The notes under the pieces are model-generated. The model saw only the letters and a list, made by a program, of their open reading frames with translations. It did not search any database and was not told the DNA's origin. A stretch of DNA of 63,648 nucleotides, filler included, from Nemertoderma westbladi (Eukaryota; Animalia; Xenacoelomorpha): assembly GCA_032718475.1 (NCBI GenBank). It is 4 parts of 4 records of this genome, joined end to end, with 100 filler letters (N's around TTAATTAATTAA, not from the genome) between each part and the next. Parts side by side here need not be neighbours in the genome. Positions count along the whole stretch, not along the records: positions 45,872 to 63,648 come from JAUCBJ010004324.1; 3 more parts are not named here. One strand, given 5' to 3'. Of the stretch, positions 54,780 through 63,648 are shown in pieces (position 1 is the first letter of the stretch; each line of letters begins with the position of its first letter). A program made the position numbers and the translations under genes.

Positions 54780-54879
54780 TATGTTCTTCTATTATTAGGT
54801 TCTAAATATGTTTGGCATTGTAAAATTGCACACAACACAATAATTTTTTTTAATATTTATCAGAAGACTCGTTGACTTT

Positions 54880-55360
54880 GAAACTTAACCATGTCTCATT
54901 GAAATCGTGGTGAACTGATTCCGAGGATCGTTCATTCCAATTTCGTAATCCCAGGTCCAGAGGCTCGCAGAACTGACCAATATGGTAAAACACAGCGTGT
55001 AACTTTGGGGTGACACCAATATTGAGTTTAAGTACAATTCCTTGAATTTTTCTAGATTCTCCTTATAGCCTGCATAGAGTTCAATACCACATGTTGCCAC
55101 AACAGAATTGAATGACTCAAAGGCATCTATAAAAGGCTGGACACGGACAGCTATGTCTGCTGGACATAGATATTTCAATTTGTCAACTGATTTCAACAGT
55201 TTGTGGCAAGAATTGCCATTAAATTGGCCATCACGATATTGCTCCCGATCTAAAAAACATGATTTACTCCAATCCAAAGCACCTGGTCAAACCTTTAGTA
55301 ATGCGTCAAACATGGTATTCACAGGGCCTAAAAGCAAGTGTAGTTCTGGAGGAGGTTGAA
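54880..55360 (-). pseudogene. Chapaev-like transposase C-terminal relic
   Basis: PPPELHLLLGPVN, GQFNGNSCHKLL, VTPKLHAVFYH, W.E...ESVHHDF across frameshifts. Confidence 0.65.
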
Positions 55361-56197
55361 AATCTAATAGAGGAAGATACTGACATTGTCCAAAGGAAAG
55401 CTGCATATGCATGCAATTTCCGAACTCTTTACTCTAGATATATCCGGCAAATCCTGATGGAAGTTTGAATGAACAAAAGGACGGGGTAATAATGGATGGA
55501 CGGATGGATGAATGGCCAGTTGAAGTAATTGAAGTAATTGACCATTGAAGTAATAATGGGAATAGTTATCATTATACAGGTTCCAATATTGATTATACCG
55601 ACCTTCCTTAAAGTTCCCATCCCAACTCGTGAAAGGATATATGCCCGATACCAGTAGGTTCCACTCAGCACAATTCGTTCCCCATGTGTTCATAGATAAT
55701 GCGGAAGAAACCACGCTCTTGGGCCCAGGGGAGGATCAACTGGGTGGCAGTGAAAGGATAGGGAATGTCCAGTAAGGAGGTGAAGTCTTTGTAGAGATCT
55801 GGATAGATCGCAGAACCAAGTTTGGAGATCCTCTCATTAAAGAGCAGGTCCAGAACAGGGCAGTTCCAGGGAAAGCATTGATGGTTCGATGCCCAATGCA
55901 GGGTGATGCTTGGGTTTGAGGACTTATCCGGATGATTTCTCGAATTTACCATGTTTGGAGAGCCTCTCCTTGACGGATGGAAATGTAAAGGCGATGTTGG
56001 CGCTCCTCGAGGTTTGGGTAAAAACTTGCATGGCTCCAGTTAAACCGCAAATTTTTAACCACAAACAGTTAAACCAAAACTTAAGACTAAGTAAGAATTA
56101 TAAGGCTTAACATTTTTAGAATTAAGTCTAAAATTTAGATCCCAAGTCCATGCCTAATTTTATAATAACGAATTGTGTACCATTACTACCATTATAT

Positions 56198-56411
56198 ACT
56201 TGCTGAATAGTGAGTTTCTTATCCTCTAACGCGGACTCCCAAGCGACCAATTCCCCCAGTGTCGACGCAGGCAATTCCGATACGCCTTCAATGGGAGGCG
56301 AATCCAAGGAATGAGACACTGACGCTGTATATGCCTTCATCCACTCCTGCCTCAACTCACGGAATTCCCACCATATTTCCATCAGCCCCTCGGCAATTGA
56401 TTTCTCCAATA
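56198..56411 (-). pseudogene. DUF4806-like exon (CMC accessory-gene relic)
   Basis: AG/GT-bounded block with LPASTLGELVAWESALEDK, similar in pattern to the 15.1-kb exon. Confidence 0.35.
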
Positions 56412-56514
56412 CTGTAAGGAAAAAGGAAAGTAGGAAAGTGTAAGGAAAGAAGAGTATAGTTATTAATAAAATAAAAATTTTATTTTAACTTCCCACTAAG
56501 TTTTTTTTTCTCTA

Positions 56515-57811
56515 CAACTCAAGTTACTTTTTTTACTCAGTTCATAAAGGTGTCAAGTATAATTGCAGTTATTCGAGTTACTTTTTTTACTCAGTTCATA
56601 AAAGGGTCAAGTATAATTGCAGTTATTCTAGTTACTTTTTTACTCAGTTCATAAAGGTGTCAAGTATAATTGCTTTGTTTCCAGTTACTTTTACTCAGTT
56701 CATAAAGGTGTCAAGTATAATTGCTTTACTTCCAGTTACTTTTACTCAGTTCATAAAGGTATCAAGTATAATTGCAGTTATTCAAATTGCTTTTCTACTC
56801 AGTTCATAAAGGTGTCAAGTATAATTGCTTTACTTCCAGTTACTTTTACTCAGTTCATAAAGGTGTCAAGTATAATTGCTTTACTTCCAGTTACTTTTAC
56901 TCAGTTCATAAAGGTATCAAGTATAATTGCTTTACTTCCAGTTACTTTTACTCAGTTCATAAAGGTATCAAGTATAATTGCAGTTATTCAAATTACTTTT
57001 CTACTCAGTTCATAAAGGTGTCAGTTATAATTGCTTTACTTCCAGTTAATTTAACTCAGTTCATAAAGGTATCAAGTATAATTGCAGTTATTTAAGTTAC
57101 GTTTTTTACTCAGTTCATAAAGGTGTCAATTTATAATTGCAGTTATTCAAGTTACGTTTTTTACTCAGTTCATAAAGGGGTCAAGTATAATTGCAGTTAT
57201 TCAAGTTACTTTTTTACTCAGTTCATAAAGGTGTCAAGTATAATTGCTTTGTTTCCAGGTACTTTTACTCAGTTCATAAAGGTGTTAAGTATAATTGCTT
57301 TACTTCCAGTTACTTTTACTCAGTTCATAAAGGTATCAAGTATAATTGCAGTTATTCAAATTGCTTTTCTACTCAGTTCATAAAGGTGTCAGTTATAATT
57401 GCTTTACTTCCAGTTACTTTTACTCAGTTCATAAAGGTATCAAGTATAATTGCAGTTATTCAAATTGCTTTTCTACTCAGTTCATAAAGGTGTCAAGTAT
57501 AATTGCTTTACTTCCAGTTACTTTTACTCAGTTCATAAAGGTATCAAGTATAATTGCAGTTATTCAAGTTACGTTTTTTACTCAGTTCATAAAGGTGTCA
57601 AGTATAATTGCAGTTATTGAAGTTACGTTTTTTACTCAGTTCCTAACGTTGTCAAGTATAATTGCAGTTATTCAAGTTACTTTTTTACTCAATTCATAAA
57701 GGTGTCAAGTATAATTGCAGTTATTCAAGTTACTTTTTTTACTCAGCTCATAAAGGGGTCAAGTATAATTGCAGTTATTCAAGTTACTTTTTTACTCAGT
57801 TCATAAAGGTG
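56515..57811. repeat. 51-53-bp AT-rich satellite, ~25 copies, two subtypes
   Basis: TACTCAGTTCATAAAGGTGTCAAGTATAATTGC followed by AGTTATTCAAG or TTTACTTCCAG. Confidence 0.96.
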
Positions 57812-59394
57812 TGTTAGCGTATTCAATTCCGCTAGCCAGCCCAACAAAAGTAGGCTTTAAGCAATATTGGGAGCACGAGGTTGATTACCAATCAACCTCG
57901 TGTCACCCCAATAAACGGGGACAACAGGCCCAAGGGGAACACACACAGCGGGGGTCAGAGGTTACTACACCTCCGAGAGAGGGGGATGACAGCAGCAAGG
58001 GGAAACACTCCCAGGGAGGTGAGAGGGCGACAATTAAGTTATCAGCCAATGGGGGGCAAGCATCGACTGAGTAACACAACATGGCCAACCGGTGCAATAT
58101 ATTACCAGTAACCGTGTTATTCATTCACTCATCAGTTAGTCAGTTCAGTTAGGGTAGTACGGTAACTCTTAACACCGTCTACTGCCGCCATCATTCACTT
58201 TACTTTAGTTAATCAATTATCATCTGACTGTGTCTACACTTTATCCATTTTAACGTTTGTATTATACATATATTGGAGAATTAACAACATCAGAACTCTC
58301 AAGCGATCTTTTCACATACACACGGCGGGGACGCGTAGTTAAGATAACCGGATAAATCGGGATCCTCGGTGGATCCTGTCACAGTGTTAAGATCCGAGCA
58401 GCTGCCCTAGTGATTAGAACTCCAAAACCCAAAGCTGTGACTGCCAGCCACCAATCTAGGTAAAGTAAAGTAAAGAAGAGTCGAGAAGGAGAGACAACAC
58501 CGCCGCGGACCCCGGACGGCGACTTAACGATCCGCAAGGCCGCGACGCGACGGTACCGACCCACGACGCCGGACCCATCAATAACGGGCGATCTGGCAAT
58601 CCAAGATGAGGGGGGCCGTCTACAACTAGAAGGCGAGTCGGGAGGAGAGAGAGACGAGTCGACACACGACGGCGGTCGACGTGCCGATGTCGCCGGCCAG
58701 CCACAGGCCGAGGGCGACGGGCGGCCCACTGGAACGGCGATGGTGGGGCCGCCGGTACGACGCCGGACCCGGAGGGATAGAGGAGATGTCGGCGACGAGG
58801 ACATCGGAGTCAGCGACCGGCTCCGGCGAGCCTACAACGCGACCCGGAAGCAACTGAAAGAAGCCAAAGGAGGGGCCAAGGTAGACCAGGTGAAGTTGGA
58901 AAAGCGGCTGGGTGAGTCGAACAGGCATTTCGATTATTTAATGCGTTTTGGGCAGGGAGAACTAGCCAGCGAGAGAGCGAGAGGGGTTGCCAGCGAACTG
59001 TTTCAACTATGGGAATGTAGGGGTATGGAGCCTAGTGTAGTGTACATAGGGCCATACTTAGTCGATGCCCGTGGAGTAAAATTAGTGGGTTGGAGGAGAC
59101 CGGAGGAGGGCGAATCCAAGGTTAACCCCGAGGATTCGGTCTCGTCGGTCCGAGAAAGTTCCGGGAGGGGGGGGGGGAAGATAGTGGGACGGGAAGGTGG
59201 AGGGAGTCCGTCGTAACCGATAAGTCTGCTACATCCTCCGCAAAAGGAAGACGGGTGCAGAAAATAGATCTGGCGTGCCAACTTGATCTGGCGGCGCTAG
59301 ACCAGAGAGAATTAGAGAGACAGTTAGAGGAAGAGAGTGCGTTAATAGAGAAGGAGAAAGAACTGGTTAGAGAGAACAAAGAGAGGGCCGAGAG

Positions 59395-62300
59395 TAGGGT
59401 GTAGTGAAAAATCAAATTTTATCTAAACACTTAGCAACTTTCAGGGATGATGAGGTTCAGGGAGTAGTAAAAAAATGTACAATATTAAATCGTTCTGAAA
59501 AGTGGAACATGTGACACCAGTGACGTAATTTTTGGCAGATAAAATATAATTTTTGACAAATTTCATCAAAATTTGAGGGACAAAATGTGAATTCGGCATG
59601 ACAGCAACAGAGCACAGAAAAGTTATTAGAAGTGGCTTAAGTTGCTATGAGGTCAATACTAAATAATTTGTGATGCATAATGTTTTAATCTGGTTGCTAT
59701 GGAAACACTAGAGCAAGAAATTCGAAATATAATACTCAATTATTATACTGTACTCTAGTTGGAAGGATGGGCGTAGGTGTGTTTGATATTATTAAGTGGG
59801 CGACTATGTGCCAAGTTACTAATGTTTTGTTTAGGCTGGTAGCTATAGCAATGCAATATTCTAGAATGTATTATATTGTTAGCCTGTAGCTATATTATTT
59901 TACATAAGGTTCAATTCAGTAGGCTTACTGGCAAACGTTACGGTTTCGGTAGTTTATCTAACCATAATACTACTCCTAATCTGTTCCTATTCTTCCTAAT
60001 TATGTTGAAGATTACTGTAATGTCAGACGTACCTCCTGCAGTTTTACTTGAACTATTGAACTCTATCTACAGTACTTTATGTACAGTACTTTTGTATTTT
60101 ATGTACTGTACGTTTTTTAAGTTAAGTTTTTGTTTTACTTTAAGTACTGCACTTTATGTACTGTACTTAATGTAGGCCTACTGTACTTTATGTACTGTAG
60201 TATTTGCATTTTAGAATAATTTTATGCAGTAATATTCATAGATCATGGCGGCAAAGAGCACCAGGCAATCTGATAACCGAATATATGGAAACAGATGTGA
60301 GCTGCCTGAGAATCAACTGCCAACACTTGGTGATATATTGCGATTCTGCCAACTTGTGAAACGAGACCACAAGGTCAACAGTGGATGTAAACAGGAACTG
60401 GGATTGCGTAAAATGGCTGAGATTGTAGCTACAGATTTACTTAGAGTCTATGAAAGAGCAACAATTCAAGTGATTTCATTTGAAGGAGTGGTAAAGAAGA
60501 TATTGCATGAATGGCATGAGTTACGGGTAAAGATTGAGACAGTAGCACCTGCTTGACAAGGTAAGCCATTCTACATAGCAAGAGTTGCGGAATTCAAGGT
60601 TAATTTCAATTAACTTTTTGACATCATATCATACAAGGACCTATGTGCTGAAGAAGTAGACTTTGTGGGCGATCAACAAAGTTAAAGAATAATGTATATT
60701 GGAGGGATAGATGGAATTGCGGCCATTAAAGCCAGGAAGAAGGAAAGGAGAGAATCTGACAAACAGCAACAGATGACTAAGGAGAAAGAGCGTATTCAAA
60801 AGGAAGCTGGCATTGATCTTGACATGGAACCTGAAGATATTGGCCAACTGCCAGTCGAAGTATCAAATTCACCTTGCAGTGATATTTATGTGCCAGAAAC
60901 ATCATCCAGTAAGGTAGGATCTGTTCAAAATCGTATGAAACTGCCTACTGTATCACGTGAAGCAGACAGATATGGGGTGTCTGATAGAGTTGCTGCTGCC
61001 ATTGCTACTGCTACATTGCGCTGCAGGATACGATGCCAGGATTTAATACCAAACAAGTGATTGACCACCACAAAATTCGTCGAAGTCGTAAAAGACTGAG
61101 GATGGATGTCATAATGGAAAACAATTGTCATTCAATATCGGGACTCTACTTCGATGGCAAAAAGGACCAAACGTTGGAAAGGGATAGTAAAACGGGCCAT
61201 GTGCATCGCTGTTATCCAGGACCATTTTGTGATTGTTCAAGAACCCGAAGGCAAATACATTGGCCATGTCAGTCCAAAATCTGGTTGTTCTAAAGACATT
61301 CTGAATTCGATTCTTCTAAAGCTTGAAGACAAAGATATTGCATTGAATGATCTTAAGGTAGTTGGCTGCGATGGCACTAATGTCAATGTTGGCCATCTGG
61401 CTGGTATAATTCGACAACTAGAAGAGGTAGTCAAGCAGCCACTTCAGTGGTCAATTTGTCTGCTTCACCTGAATGAGTTGCCATTGCGTCACATATTCAT
61501 CAAGCTGGATGGTGAAACATCAGGTCCTACAGCCTACAAAGGGGTTATTGGCAAACGTATCAACTCATTGCCTAGCACTAACAACCCTTGAGATTATTGA
61601 TTTTGTCCCAATTCACTCTCAGAATTTCAAACTCTTGGATGAAGATGCTATTGTTACTCTCAGCACTGATCAAAAGTATTTATATATGATCACGCAGGCA
61701 ATCATTGAAGGCAAATGCCCAGATCATGTTGCAAGTCTCGACCCAGGACGATTATCACATTCCCGATGGCTGACCACAGCTAACCGAGTCTGTCGCCTCT
61801 ATGTCAGTACTCTTCAGCCAAGTAAGGAACTCAAGCTGCTTACATCATACATTATTAGTGTCTATTCACCCCTTTGGTTTCAAATAAAGCAGAAAAGCTG
61901 TCTCCAAGATGCTTCAAACAACTTCTTCTCGCTTGTTTCCTGGACAAGACACCTTGAAGACGACATAAAGGCCATCATTGATCCTGTTATCAAACGTAAT
62001 GCATATGCTGCACATCCTGAGAATATACTATTTGCCATGATTAATGATAAGCGTAGAATGATCCGTGAGCTGGGTGTACGCCGCATTTTGAAAGCACGCA
62101 GTAATTTTACCAAATATAGCATTACCCATCCGGAGTTGTGAGGGAATTTCACACTCCATCCAACATAAACTTTAATGCAACTGATTACTATGAACTGATC
62201 AATTGGTTTGACTCTTCATTGATGGTCACACCCCCTCCTGTTCTAAGAGATGTGCCTGATGTAGACTTGCATTCATTCCTTGACTGCACAAGTGGTTTGA

Positions 62301-63224
62301 TCTTTCGCTATCCATGCCATACCCAAGGGGTTGAGAGGTTGATCCGAGTGGTTTCAACAGTGTCAATGGAAGTTATTGGTTCTACTGCACGTGACAATCT
62401 GATTCATTCAAGGATGGCAGGACGAGAACAGCGATCCAAATTCAACACGAAGAAGGACTTTAGTTTGTGATCTTATTGACTTTGGTATTTTGACAGAGTT
62501 GGCTGTTGCTATTACATGGTAGATTTCAGTGAGGTTGTCATTTTATACAGTTTGTGGCCTGGTTATCTGTGTTATACAGTATTTGGTTCTCAATACATCC
62601 AGAGGTTACATCACAAGTTTACAGTAGATTTCACTGAGGTTGACATTTCAAACACTTTGTTAACTGCTTATCTGTGTTATATGTGGTTATCAAACATTAT
62701 GTGTTTACAAGTAAAAGTTTACAGTAATTTTGTTTACCTATGAAAGTTATGTTATAATAAACAGGCTAATCTGAAGCTCATTTTTGGTGATTATCTGCAT
62801 AATTTACATTTGGTCCATAAAAACAATATCAAACACATCTATGCCCTTAATTCCAATTACAGCATATGGAGTAATATTCTTTGAAATTGTTGCTCTTGCG
62901 TTTCCATAGCAACCAGATTAAAACAATAATGCATCTCAGATTATTTGGTATTGACCTCATATCAACTTAAGACACTTCTAATAATATCATTATTGTGCCC
63001 AGTTGCTGTGAATATAAGCATGCAGAATTCAGACAAGTACCCCACATTTTGATGAAATTTGTCAAATATTACATTTTATCTTCCAAAAATGACGTCACTG
63101 GTGTCACATGTTCCACTTTTCAGATCGAGTTAATATTTCACATTTTTTAACTACTCCCCGATCCTCATCATTCCTGAAAGTTGCTAAGAGTTTAGATAAA
63201 ATTTGCATTTTTCACTACACCCTA
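59395..63224 (+). mobile_element. Full-length hATm DNA transposon
   Basis: TAGGGTGTAGTGAAAAAT and ATTTTTCACTACACCCTA termini, ~400-bp imperfect inverted ends, 8-bp TSD GCCGAGAG (59387-59394; 63225-63232). Confidence 0.93.
60245..62470 (+). pseudogene. hATm transposase with stops and frameshifts
   Basis: YFDGKKD, GCDGTNVN, LQWSICLLHLNELPLRH, LSTDQKYL, HSRWLTTANR, PCHTQGVER. Confidence 0.9.
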
Positions 63225-63648
63225 GCCGAGAGGGCCGCGAGAAGCTTTAGGGAGTGCGAGGAAATAGGAAGGATGGAAAGGAAGGAGCAAGAAGAGCGCA
63301 AGGCGGCGAGTGAGGCGGAACGTAAAGAGCGTGAGGTGAGGGCGGATAATGAGCGGAGAGAACGTGAGGAGAGCCGACTTAAGAGAGTTGCGAGAGAGGC
63401 AGAGTTAGCCGATCAGAGTTCACGAGAGGATAGAGAGAGAGAGAGTGAGAGAAAACGTGTTCGGGATGGTATGCATGCCCGGCTAAGGGGGCTTATGCAG
63501 TATCAGACGAAACAGAAGCGCCGACTAGAACTGGCGCAGATGGGGCTGTCAGGGAGCGAGGCTGGCTCGAGTATTTATGAGGAGCCAAGGGCTGTGGAAC
63601 CATTTATTAATACCCCACTTACAGGGACCGGACGACAGACCCAAGACT

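Larger units (their letters stand above)
57812..63648 (+). mobile_element. Second BEL/Pao-like LTR element (LTR 57812-58383, degenerate gag), interrupted by hATm
   Basis: TG..CA LTR abutting the satellite; VNPEDSVSSV motif then E/R-rich coiled coil that resumes after 63232; frameshift at the G-run ~59168. Confidence 0.7.

Noticed and set aside
56772-57699. Repetitive ORFs in the AT-rich array
   Set aside because: Translation of 51-bp satellite units.

Overview
AT-rich, repeat-saturated animal (probably invertebrate) genomic DNA; not prokaryotic, and the organism cannot be named from sequence alone. Three identical 100-bp artificial linkers (44N-TTAATTAATTAA-44N) split it into four contigs (1-13405, 13506-33668, 33769-45771, 45872-63648) whose true adjacency is unproven. 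Host-type genes are few: two exons (TM2-TM6) of a class A neuropeptide-type GPCR and two divergent 5S rRNA copies in a ~1.1-kb tandem unit. The rest is mostly transposons, often nested, plus satellites. DNA transposons: a RAG1-core-like Transib with a CACAGTG terminus, a CMC (EnSpm/Mirage-like) element, Chapaev-like and P-like relics, a DD35D pogo element, a hATm element, a Sola-like element and MITEs. Retroelements: two BEL/Pao-type LTR elements, L2/CR1-group, RTE and CRE LINEs, and tRNA-derived SINEs. The most notable signals are: (i) a 2.3-kb near-perfect (GCCTAC)n array with telomere-like polarity, together with six scattered GTAGGCCTAC palindromes; (ii) a five-layer nest (5S spacer > BEL > Sola-like > hairpin element > SINE) whose excision restores a >1000-codon gag; (iii) a non-coding element with asymmetric ends capped by a 133-bp GCGAAGC hairpin. 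I could not establish a wholly new biological system; the leads below are hypotheses. Family calls come from motif recognition by eye, not database searches.
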